From Holophagaceae bacterium (lineage in GTDB: Bacteria > Acidobacteriota > Holophagae > Holophagales > Holophagaceae): a stretch of DNA of 64,000 nucleotides. Of the stretch, positions 56,112 through 64,000 are shown one piece after another. The notes under the pieces were generated by a model. The model did not search any database. It saw nothing but the letters and a program-made list of their open reading frames with translations, and had not been told where the DNA came from. Location of the stretch: the NCBI GenBank assembly GCA_021286765.1, contig JAJTBS010000004.1:27427-91426 (forward strand), in the 5' to 3' direction. Positions within the stretch are counted from its first letter, which is position 1; each line of letters begins with the position of its first letter. Made by a program: the position numbers and the translations under genes.

Positions 56112-56503
56112 AACGCGCGCCACGCCTGGTCCCCATCGGGGCCCGCCAGCCCAACCAGAAGGCCGAGGCGCGCCTGCGGCAGGCCTGGCACTTCGTGGTC
56201 GGCCCCGCCCTGGCGGACCGGACGCGCCCCCTTCGAGTGGAACGGGACATCCTGGTCATGGGCTGCTGGGAACTGGCCCGCATCGCGGCCCTCCGCGAAG
56301 CCGCCGAGGCCGTCTGGCCCCAGGTCCGGGATCGCATCCACCGGGCCCTGGGGCTGAACCTCAGGGGCCTGCAGATCATCCCCTGCGACCCCCCGGCCGA
56401 GGCCCCGGAGCGCGCCGAGGAACCCGACCCCCTGCGCCGCGCCCTCCGCCTCCTCCAGGCCCGCCGCCTCGAGCGGATCCGCCTCGGACTCGAGCCCGAA
56501 TAG
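56108..56503 (+). CDS. DciA/DUF721-like protein
   Basis: ATG 56108 overlaps the upstream stop; W..VVG..LA..T.P..V....L.. pattern. Confidence 0.6.
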   Translation: MKRAPRLVPIGARQPNQKAEARLRQAWHFVVGPALADRTRPLRVERDILVMGCWELARIAALREAAEAVWPQVRDRIHRALGLNLRGLQIIPCDPPAEAPERAEEPDPLRRALRLLQARRLERIRLGLEPE

Positions 56504-56548
56504 CCAGGCTGGACGCCCGCGCCCCTTTCCAGTAGAGTCAAACCTTCG

Positions 56549-56660
<112 letters not shown>

Positions 56661-56670
56661 GCCGGAAGCA

Positions 56671-56854
56671 GGCGAGAGGATTCGAACCTCCGAGTGGGCT
56701 TGTGGAGACAGCGCGGGGCGCTGTCGGAGCATGACCGGCGGCTGGCCCAGCCAGACGCGGTTCGAATCCGCCCCCTGATGGGCCGGCGACAAATAAAGGG
56801 AACGATTCGGACCTCCGAGTGGGCTTGTGGAGGCAGCGCGGGGCGCTGGCGGAG
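56671..56854. repeat. tRNA-linked repeat: inverted copy of the tRNA 3' part plus two 51-bp direct repeats
   Basis: 56671-56693 is the exact reverse complement of tRNA 56597-56619. 56679-56729 and 56804-56854 match at 48 of 51 positions (period 125). Confidence 0.9.
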
Positions 56855-57044
56855 ATTGCGCGGTGAGCTGTCGGGAGCAAGATGGGCGGTCGTCGGGGCC
56901 GAGCGCACCCGAACCTCAACCCCTGCGGTGGTCAGACCACGATCCAGCCAAAGCCCCCATCCAGCCTCGCTTTTCGTGATCCGTGCCCTCGCACCTCCCA
57001 AGCTACAATGGCCAGTTCCGTCCGCCGGGCGGGGAGCCTTCACG

Positions 57045-57371
57045 ATGACCGACGTCTGCACCGTCATGACCACCTGCGGGAGCGAGGAAACCGCCCTCAC
57101 CATCGCCGCCGCCCTGGTGGACCAGGCCTATGCCGCCTGCGTGAACATCGTCCCCAGCATCAAGAGCTATTACTACTTCAAGGGTGAGACCCACCTTGAT
57201 GAGGAGGTCATGCTGATCATCAAGACCACCCGGGAGCTCTTCCCGCAGGTCTCCGAGGTGATCACCGACCTGCACACCTACGAGGTCCCCGAGATCCTCA
57301 TGTTCCCCATCGAGGAAGGCTCCGAGCCCTTCCTCGACTGGATTCGCCAGAGCGTGAACCGGCTGGCCTGA
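57045..57371 (+). CDS. cutA: Divalent-cation tolerance protein CutA
   Basis: V.TT...E.A..IA..LV....AACVNI.P...S.Y...G.....E....IKT, H.YE.PEI. Confidence 0.93.
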   Translation: MTDVCTVMTTCGSEETALTIAAALVDQAYAACVNIVPSIKSYYYFKGETHLDEEVMLIIKTTRELFPQVSEVITDLHTYEVPEILMFPIEEGSEPFLDWIRQSVNRLA

Positions 57372-57404
57372 CCTACCGCCACCAAGACTTCCCGGAGCGT
57401 CCCC

Positions 57405-58385
57405 ATGGAACAGACCCTGTCCCTCGAATTCCTGCGGGTGGTCGAACAGGCCGCCATCGCCTGCGCCAGTTCCATCGGCCATGGCCGCCGCAAGCACAGC
57501 GACAAGCTGGCCGTGGAAGCCATGCGGACGGCCATGGAGAGCGTACGGATGGACGGCACCATCGTCATCGGTGAAGGCGAGCGGGACGAAGCACCCATGC
57601 TCTACATCGGCGAGAAGGTGGGCATGGGCGCCGACCTGGATGGCGACCACCCGGCCGTGGACATCGCCGTGGATCCCCTCGAAGGCACGAACCTCTGCGC
57701 CACCGGCGCTCCCAACGCCATCGCCGTGCTGGCGGCCACCGAGAAGGGCGGTCTGCTGCACGCACCCGACCTTTACATGGAGAAGCTCGTCGTCGGCCCC
57801 GCCGCCAAGGGCAAGGTCAGCCTGGATGCCCCCGTGGGTGAGACCCTCAAGATCATCGCCAAGTCCTTGGACCGGCAGGTTTCCGAGATCACCGTCAGCG
57901 TGCTGGATCGCGATCGCCACGCCCAGCTCATCGCCGATATCCGCACCGCCGGAGCCCGCATCCAGCTCATCGGCGACGGCGACCTCAGCGCCGCCATCAG
58001 CGCCGCGGTGAGCGGCACGGGCATCCACGCGGTCATGGGCACGGGCGGCGCGCCCGAGGGCGTGCTTTCCGCGGCCGCCCTGAAGTGCCTCAACGGCGAA
58101 ATCCAGGGCCGCCTCAAGGTGGACACCAACACCGCCAGCCGGGAGAAGGCCGAGGCCATGGGCGTGGATTTCGGCAGGATCTACTTCACCGACGACCTCT
58201 GCCCCGGCAAGCAGATCGTGTTCGCCGCCTGCGGCGTCACCCACGGCAATCTGCTGAAGGGCGTGCTGCACTTCGGCCACGGCCTACGTACTTCCAGCCT
58301 CATCCTCACCTACGGGGCCCGCCAAGTCCGCTTCATCGACACGGTTCACATCAAGGAAGGCGAGAACGTCACCGTCCGCTTCTAG
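57405..58385 (+). CDS. glpX: Class II fructose-1,6-bisphosphatase
   Basis: R..E.AA.A, AD..AV.AMR-like, [48 protein letters not shown]. Confidence 0.96.
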   Translation: MEQTLSLEFLRVVEQAAIACASSIGHGRRKHSDKLAVEAMRTAMESVRMDGTIVIGEGERDEAPMLYIGEKVGMGADLDGDHPAVDIAVDPLEGTNLCATGAPNAIAVLAATEKGGLLHAPDLYMEKLVVGPAAKGKVSLDAPVGETLKIIAKSLDRQVSEITVSVLDRDRHAQLIADIRTAGARIQLIGDGDLSAAISAAVSGTGIHAVMGTGGAPEGVLSAAALKCLNGEIQGRLKVDTNTASREKAEAMGVDFGRIYFTDDLCPGKQIVFAACGVTHGNLLKGVLHFGHGLRTSSLILTYGARQVRFIDTVHIKEGENVTVRF

Positions 58386-58392
58386 GTGATGC

Positions 58393-58854
58393 TTGTCCGA
58401 GTCGCTCCGCACCCGCCTCATGCGCTGGGGCTTCAATCTGTGGCCCTGCTACCGTGGCACGGGCGGGCGCGTAGCCTACATCGCCGCGGACTGGCAGGAG
58501 GTCCGGGTGCGCCTGCCTCTGTCCTGGCGCACCCGGAACTATGTAGGCACGATTTTCGGCGGCAGCCTGTACGGCGCCGTGAACCCCTTCTTCATGATCA
58601 TGCTCATGGAGAACCTGGGGGCCGGGTTCACCGTGTGGGACAAGGCGGCCGCCATCCGGTTCCGCAAGCCCGGCCGCGGCACCCTCACCGCCACCTTCAA
58701 GCTGGACGAACCCGAGCTGAAGGAGATCCGGCGCCTGCTCCTGGAGCAGCCCAAGGTGGACCGGACCTACACCGTTCTGCTTGTGGATGGAAATGGTGCT
58801 ATTCACGCCGAAATAGAGAAAACAATTCACATATCAATCAATAAATCTTCCTGA
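58393..58854 (+). CDS. DUF4442/YiiD-like hot-dog-fold protein (second copy in the window)
   Basis: N.WP.Y...GG.V, L.L..R.RNYVGT.FGGSL, P..M.M....LG....VWDK.A.I.F.KPG.G. Start uncertain (TTG 58393). Confidence 0.82.
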   Translation: MSESLRTRLMRWGFNLWPCYRGTGGRVAYIAADWQEVRVRLPLSWRTRNYVGTIFGGSLYGAVNPFFMIMLMENLGAGFTVWDKAAAIRFRKPGRGTLTATFKLDEPELKEIRRLLLEQPKVDRTYTVLLVDGNGAIHAEIEKTIHISINKSS

Positions 58855-58886
58855 TAGGCTTTTACCCTCATCTTACGAGGTTATTC

Positions 58887-60911
58887 ATGATCTCCCCCCT
58901 GCGCCTTTCGCTCGGCCTCTGTCTCGGGCTCGCCACCTTCACCCTGGCGGCCCAGTCCAAACCCGGGGTGGACCCCGCGAACCTCGACACGGCCATCAAG
59001 CCCTGCGAAGACTTCTACGCCTTCGCCAACGGCGGCTGGCTCAAGTCCCACAGCCTGCCCGCGGACAAGGCCCGCTTCGGCGCTTTCGAGGAGGTGAGCG
59101 AGCGGAATCGCGCCATCCTCAAGCAGATCCTGGAGGAGACCAGCGCCAAGACCGCCTGGGCCAAGGGCAGCGTCCAGCAGAAGGTGGGCGACTTCTACGC
59201 CTCCGGCATGGATGAGGCCGCCATCGAGACGCGTGGCCTCGCGCCCCTGAAGCCCATCCTCGCCACCATCGAAGGGCTGAAGGACGCCAAGCAGCTCCCC
59301 GCCCTGCTGGCCAAGCTGCACGGCCAGGGCCTCCCGGGCGGCTTCGGTTTCTTCGTGCGGCAGGATGCCAAGGCCTCCACCCAGTACCTGGGCTACCTCA
59401 ACCAGGGCGGCACCGGCCTGCCCGATCGCGACTACTACCTGAAGGACGATGCCCGCAGCAAGGAGATCCGTGCCAAGTACGAGCAGCACATCGCCAGGAT
59501 GCTCCAGCTGGCGGGCGATGCCCCCGCCCTGGCCACCGTCCGCGCCAAGGTGGTGCTGGACCTTGAGACCCGGATGGCCCAGGCCCAGTGGACCCGCGTG
59601 GAGCAGCGCAATCCCCAGAAGACCTACAACAAGCGCACCCTCGATCAGCTCGCGAACGAGGCCCCCGGCTTCAACTGGAAGGGGTACTTCCAGGCCCGCG
59701 GCGTGAAGCAGGCGGACCTGAACCTCTCCCAGCCCTCTTACTTCCTGGCCTTCGGCAAGCTGGCCGCGGAAGTGCCCGCCACCCAGTGGCGCACCTACCT
59801 CCGCTGGCATGCCCTCAATGCCACCGCCAACCTGCTGCCCAAGGCCTTCGGCGAGGAGGCCTTCGCCTTCCATGGCAAGGTGCTGAGCGGGACGCCGGAG
59901 CGCGAACCCCGCGCCAAGCGCATCGAGGCCGCCACGGACAACACCCTGGGTGAGGCCCTCGGGCAGCTCTACGTCAAGGTCGCCTTCCCGCCCGAAGCCA
60001 AGGCCAAGGTCCTGGAGATGGTGGAGAACCTGCGTGTCGCCCTGCGGGAGCGCATCACGAACCTCGACTGGATGGGCGCGGACACCAAGCAGCAGGCCAT
60101 CAAGAAGCTCAATGCCTTCGGCGTCAAGATCGGCTACCCCGACAAGTGGAAGACCTACGCCTTCGACGTCAAGCGCGACGACTACTTCGGCAATGTCCGC
60201 CGGGCCTCGGCCTTCCGCATCCAGGAGAACCTCAAGAAGCTCGGCAAGCCCATCGACCGGACGGAGTGGGGCATGACCCCGCCCACCGTGAACGCCTACT
60301 ACAGCCCCACCATGAACGAGATCGTGTTCCCGGCGGGCATCCTGCAGCCGCCCTTCTTCGATCCCAAGGCGGATGACGCCGTGAACTACGGTTCCCTGGG
60401 TTTCGTCATCGGCCACGAGATGACCCACGGCTTCGACGACAGCGGTAGCCAGTTCGATGCCGAGGGCAACCTCAAGAACTGGTGGACCGACGCGGACAAG
60501 AAGGCCTACGAGGCCCGCACGGACCTGGTGGTGAAGCAGTACGACGCCTACGAGCCCCTCAAGGGCGAGCACGTCAACGGCAAGCTCACCCTGGGTGAGA
60601 ACATCGCCGACATCGGCGGCCTGAAGATCGCCTTCGCGGCCTACCAGAACAGCCTCAAGGGCAAGGCGGTCCCCGCCCCCATCGACGGCTTCACCGGACC
60701 CCAGCGCTTCTTCCTGGGCGCCGCCACCGTCTGGCGCAACCACATCCGCGAGGCGGCCCTGTCCCTGCGCCTCAAGACCGATCCCCACAGCCCCGGCCGC
60801 GAGCGCGTCAACGGCCCCCTGTCCAACCTGCCCGAGTTCTACGAGGCTTTCGGCTGTGCCGATGGCCAGCCCATGAAGCGCGACGCGAAGGTGCGTCCAG
60901 CCATCTGGTAA
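58887..60911 (+). CDS. M13-family zinc endopeptidase (PepO/neprilysin-like), copy 1
   Basis: Signal peptide, P..DFY..ANG.W, GL.LP..DYY, KIGYPD, VNAYY.P..N.I.FPA.ILQ.PFF, GHEMTHGFD, GENIAD.GG, D.HSP. Confidence 0.96.
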   Translation: MISPLRLSLGLCLGLATFTLAAQSKPGVDPANLDTAIKPCEDFYAFANGGWLKSHSLPADKARFGAFEEVSERNRAILKQILEETSAKTAWAKGSVQQKVGDFYASGMDEAAIETRGLAPLKPILATIEGLKDAKQLPALLAKLHGQGLPGGFGFFVRQDAKASTQYLGYLNQGGTGLPDRDYYLKDDARSKEIRAKYEQHIARMLQLAGDAPALATVRAKVVLDLETRMAQAQWTRVEQRNPQKTYNKRTLDQLANEAPGFNWKGYFQARGVKQADLNLSQPSYFLAFGKLAAEVPATQWRTYLRWHALNATANLLPKAFGEEAFAFHGKVLSGTPEREPRAKRIEAATDNTLGEALGQLYVKVAFPPEAKAKVLEMVENLRVALRERITNLDWMGADTKQQAIKKLNAFGVKIGYPDKWKTYAFDVKRDDYFGNVRRASAFRIQENLKKLGKPIDRTEWGMTPPTVNAYYSPTMNEIVFPAGILQPPFFDPKADDAVNYGSLGFVIGHEMTHGFDDSGSQFDAEGNLKNWWTDADKKAYEARTDLVVKQYDAYEPLKGEHVNGKLTLGENIADIGGLKIAFAAYQNSLKGKAVPAPIDGFTGPQRFFLGAATVWRNHIREAALSLRLKTDPHSPGRERVNGPLSNLPEFYEAFGCADGQPMKRDAKVRPAIW

Positions 60912-60942
60912 ACCGCCCCTCGCCCTGCTGAAAGGATGTTCC

Positions 60943-62964
60943 TTGAAAGCCCGATCCGTTCTGTCGTTCCTGGCACTGATGCCCGCCCTGGTCGCGGGCT
61001 CCCCGTCCCGTCCGGCCCCCAAGCCCATCCTCGGGGTGGACCCCGCCTACCTCCAGACGGCGACCTCGCCCTGCAAGGACTTCTACGGCTACGCCAACGG
61101 CGCCTTCGACCGGGTGGCCATCCCCGGGGAGTACGCCTCCTACGGGGTCAACCAGGAAATCGATGAGCGCAACTTCGCGATCCTCAAGGGCATCCTCGAA
61201 GGCTCTGCGCGGCAGGGTGGGGCCAAGGGCAGCATCGGCCAGCGGGTCGGCGACTTCTTCGCCGCGGGCATGGACGAGGCCCGCATCGAAAAGGCCGGCC
61301 TCCAGCCGCTGGCCCCCATCTTCCACGCCATCCAAGCCGTGAAGACCCCCAAGGATCTGGTGGCCGAACTGGGCCGCCTCCATGCCCTGGGCGTCCACGC
61401 CGGCTTCAGCTTCGGCGTCCAGGTGGACGACAAGGACAGCAGCGCCATGATCGCCAGCTTCAACCAGGGCGGTCTGGGCCTGCCGGAGCGGGACTACTAC
61501 CTGCGACCCGGCAAGGAGGCCGAGGAGACCCGCCAGGCCTACGTCCGCCACATCGCGGGCATCTTCACCCTATCCGGCGACGCGTCCGTGGTGGCCCAGG
61601 CCAAGGCCGCCAAGGTGCTGGCCCTGGAGACGAAGCTGGCCCAGGCCTCACGTACCCTGGTCGATCTCCGGGACCCCCAGGCCAACTACCACAAGGTGGC
61701 CCGGAAGGAACTCGGCGCCTTGGCCTCCCTCGACTGGGACACCTATTTCGCCGCTGTGTCCCTGCCTTCCACCGAGGCCCACGTTCTCGTCGGTCAGCCA
61801 GAGTTCTACAAGGCCCTCGCCGGATTGATGGCCTCCGAGTCCATGGAGACCTGGCGCACCTACCTGCGTTGGCATGTGCTGCGCACGGCCTCGCCCTTCC
61901 TGGGCAAGGCCTTCGTGGCTGAGAACTTCGCGTTCTATGGGAAGGTCCTCTCGGGAACCACGGAACTCCGGCCCCGCTGGAAGCGTGTCCTCAGCGCCGC
62001 CGACCGCGCCCTGGGCGAAGACCTCGGCCAGCTCTATGTCAAGACCGCGTTCAGCCCCGCCGCCAAGGAGCGCGCCCTGAAGATGGTCCACTTCCACAAG
62101 GAGGCCATGCGGGCCCGCATCCTCGCCGCCGACTGGATGGTCGAGGCCACCAAGGCCCAGGCCCTGAAGAAGCTCGACACCATGCGCAGCAAGGTCGGCT
62201 ACCCCGACCACTGGCGTGACTACAGCGCCCTCAAGGTCTCCCGGCAGTCCTTCCTGGCCAACGTCCAGGCGGCCTCGGCCTTCGAGTTCCGGCGCCGCAT
62301 GGCCAAGCTCGGCAAGCCGGTGGACCGCAACGAGTGGTTCATGACGCCCCAGACCAACAACGCCTACTACGATCCCAGCCTCAACGAGATGTGCTTCCCC
62401 GCCGGCATCCTCCAGCCTCCTTTCTTCGATGAGAAGGCGGATGACGCGTCCAACTACGGGGCCCTCGCCTCCACCATCGGCCATGAACTGACCCACGGCT
62501 TCGACGATCAGGGCCGCCAGTACGACTGGCAGGGCAACCTCAAGGACTGGTGGACGGCGGAGGACGCCAAGCGCTTCGAGGCCCGGGCCGAGCACATCGT
62601 GAAGCAGTACGGGGCCTTCGAGGTGCTGCCCGGCCTGCACATCAACGGCAAGCAGACCCTGGGGGAGAACATCGCTGACATCGGCGGCCTGCGCGTCTCC
62701 TACGAGGCTTTCAAGCTGGCCACCCGGGGCAAGGACCTCAAGCCCGTGGACGGCTTCACGCCGGATCAGCGCTTCTTCATCGCCTTCGCCCAGGGTTGGC
62801 GCACCAACCAGCGGCCCGAAGCCCTGCGGCTGGGCGTCACCACCGATGTCCACTCCCCGGTGCGCTGGCGCGTGCTCGGCCCCGTGGCGGACTTCCCCGA
62901 GTTCCGGAAAGCCTTCAGCTGCGAGGCGCCCCCCGCGAGCCAGGCCCCCACGGCCATCTGGTAA
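60943..62964 (+). CDS. M13-family zinc endopeptidase, copy 2
   Basis: Same motif set: NAYY, GHELTHGFD, GENIADIGG, D.HSP. TTG start with AAAGGA SD. Confidence 0.95.
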   Translation: MKARSVLSFLALMPALVAGSPSRPAPKPILGVDPAYLQTATSPCKDFYGYANGAFDRVAIPGEYASYGVNQEIDERNFAILKGILEGSARQGGAKGSIGQRVGDFFAAGMDEARIEKAGLQPLAPIFHAIQAVKTPKDLVAELGRLHALGVHAGFSFGVQVDDKDSSAMIASFNQGGLGLPERDYYLRPGKEAEETRQAYVRHIAGIFTLSGDASVVAQAKAAKVLALETKLAQASRTLVDLRDPQANYHKVARKELGALASLDWDTYFAAVSLPSTEAHVLVGQPEFYKALAGLMASESMETWRTYLRWHVLRTASPFLGKAFVAENFAFYGKVLSGTTELRPRWKRVLSAADRALGEDLGQLYVKTAFSPAAKERALKMVHFHKEAMRARILAADWMVEATKAQALKKLDTMRSKVGYPDHWRDYSALKVSRQSFLANVQAASAFEFRRRMAKLGKPVDRNEWFMTPQTNNAYYDPSLNEMCFPAGILQPPFFDEKADDASNYGALASTIGHELTHGFDDQGRQYDWQGNLKDWWTAEDAKRFEARAEHIVKQYGAFEVLPGLHINGKQTLGENIADIGGLRVSYEAFKLATRGKDLKPVDGFTPDQRFFIAFAQGWRTNQRPEALRLGVTTDVHSPVRWRVLGPVADFPEFRKAFSCEAPPASQAPTAIW

Positions 62965-62973
62965 CCTGCCCCC

Positions 62974-63585
62974 ATGAGACTGCCCGCCGCCCTCTTGCTC
63001 GCCACCCTCGGGCTCTCCGCACAGGAGAACCCGGGTGGGAACCGGGTGGGAGTGGGTATTGCCCTTCTGGCACCGCTGGACACCCTCAGCTCGAAGTTCA
63101 ATCCGGGCTTTCAGGGCGGCCTCCAGATCCATTTCAACCGGGAGAGCCGCCACCTGGGCAGGCTCAGGATCGACTACCTGCAGATCGACTCGAAACAGGC
63201 CATCCAAACCGGGCTGGTGTCCTACTGGGATGGCTCAACTTGGGTGAACACGCAGGGACTGGCCCACAGCCGTCTGGAGGCCTACTCCGTTGCGTATGAG
63301 TGGATGCCTCACCTGGAGAACCACAGCCGCAGCGGCCTTTTCGGCATCTTCGGCATGGGCGGCACCCTGTGGAACGAGACCTTGCGACCGACCAATTCAC
63401 CCTACGGTGGAACCTATACCGAGACCGAATGGGGATTCACCCTTAGCGCCGGAGTCGGCTGGCGCTTCAATCCCCACACCACTGTGGAGACTCGGTTCGT
63501 TCACAGCGACCTGGACTTCAGTCGGCACCCCAACTATGGCTCGAGCCGCTCCTACCTGACCTTCGGCACCAGCCTCCGGTTCTGA
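62974..63585 (+). CDS. Outer-membrane beta-barrel protein
   Basis: Signal peptide, amphipathic strands, G.G.RF, C-terminal SLRF. Confidence 0.78.
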   Translation: MRLPAALLLATLGLSAQENPGGNRVGVGIALLAPLDTLSSKFNPGFQGGLQIHFNRESRHLGRLRIDYLQIDSKQAIQTGLVSYWDGSTWVNTQGLAHSRLEAYSVAYEWMPHLENHSRSGLFGIFGMGGTLWNETLRPTNSPYGGTYTETEWGFTLSAGVGWRFNPHTTVETRFVHSDLDFSRHPNYGSSRSYLTFGTSLRF

Positions 63586-63606
63586 ACCCCGCACCCAAGG
63601 ATTCCC

Positions 63607-64000
63607 ATGCGACTGCGACCCCTTGCCCTGCTTGCCACCCTCCTCGCCACCGGTGTGGCGCTGGAAGCCTGCACCAACCTGCTCGTCACCAAGGGCGCGA
63701 GCAAGGATGGCTCGACGATGATCACCTACTCCGCCGACAGCCACACGCTGTACGGCGAGCTCTACTTCAAGCAGGGGGGAAGGCACCAGCCGGGCGCCTT
63801 CCGCGACATCGTCGAGTGGGACACGGGCAAGCCCCTGGGCCGCATCCCCGAAGCCCCCGTCACCTACACCCGTGTGGGCAACATGAACGAGCACCAGCTC
63901 GTCATCGCCGAGACCACCTTCGGCGGCCGCAAGGAACTGCACGGGCCCAGCGGCATCGTGGACTACGGCAGCCTCATCTACATCGGCCTGGAGCGGGCCA
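63607..64000 (+). CDS. C69-family dipeptidase (Ntn hydrolase), 5' part only
   Basis: My translation: MRLRPLALLATLLATGVALEA-CTNLLVTKGASKDGSTMITYSADSH...GNMNEHQLVIAETTFGGR..L...GIVDYGSL.YIGLER. The N-terminal nucleophile Cys follows a signal peptide. Confidence 0.9.
   Translation, partial: MRLRPLALLATLLATGVALEACTNLLVTKGASKDGSTMITYSADSHTLYGELYFKQGGRHQPGAFRDIVEWDTGKPLGRIPEAPVTYTRVGNMNEHQLVIAETTFGGRKELHGPSGIVDYGSLIYIGLERA

Noticed and set aside
56661-56770. Possible second tRNA on either strand
   Set aside because: Only T-arm-like fragments are present; no D-arm, anticodon arm or complete acceptor stem can be built.
56679-56854. Possible mini-CRISPR array
   Set aside because: Only two units of 51 bp with a 74-bp gap, derived from tRNA sequence, and no cas genes in the window.

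Overview
High-GC, mostly housekeeping chromosomal segment with about 60 coding genes and one tRNA. The gene content is consistent with an anaerobic acidobacterium of the Holophagae/Geothrix type; this is inference from content, not a database match. No CRISPR array, transposase, integrase or prophage gene was recognised. Core genes: priA (partial), tsaD, gatC, anmK, uvrC, scpA, lipA, groES-groEL with a CIRCE box, cysS, rnr, ruvC, malic enzyme, ffh-rpsP-khpA-rimM, sppA, tRNA-Pro(CGG), cutA, glpX, two tandem M13 peptidases and a partial C69 dipeptidase. The most unusual locus is a four-gene minus-strand cluster at 12944-17520. It encodes an orphan HybA-like 4x[4Fe-4S] protein with no Tat signal, a HybB/NrfD membrane subunit, a histidine kinase with two heme-c-type motifs in its periplasmic sensor, and a membrane-anchored receiver protein whose only output is a glycine-cleavage-H-like domain with Thr at the lipoyl-Lys position. 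The cluster ends tail-to-tail with lipA. Other leads: a tRNA-linked inverted/tandem repeat (56597-56854), a hairpin-dense intergenic stretch that may be a structured RNA (40842-41071), a small ORF behind a CRP-like box, a stand-alone tetraheme cytochrome c, a bacilliredoxin, and tandem DUF4139 paralogs next to a Bat-like vWA cluster with no local MoxR. All product calls are from motif recognition by eye; no searches were run.
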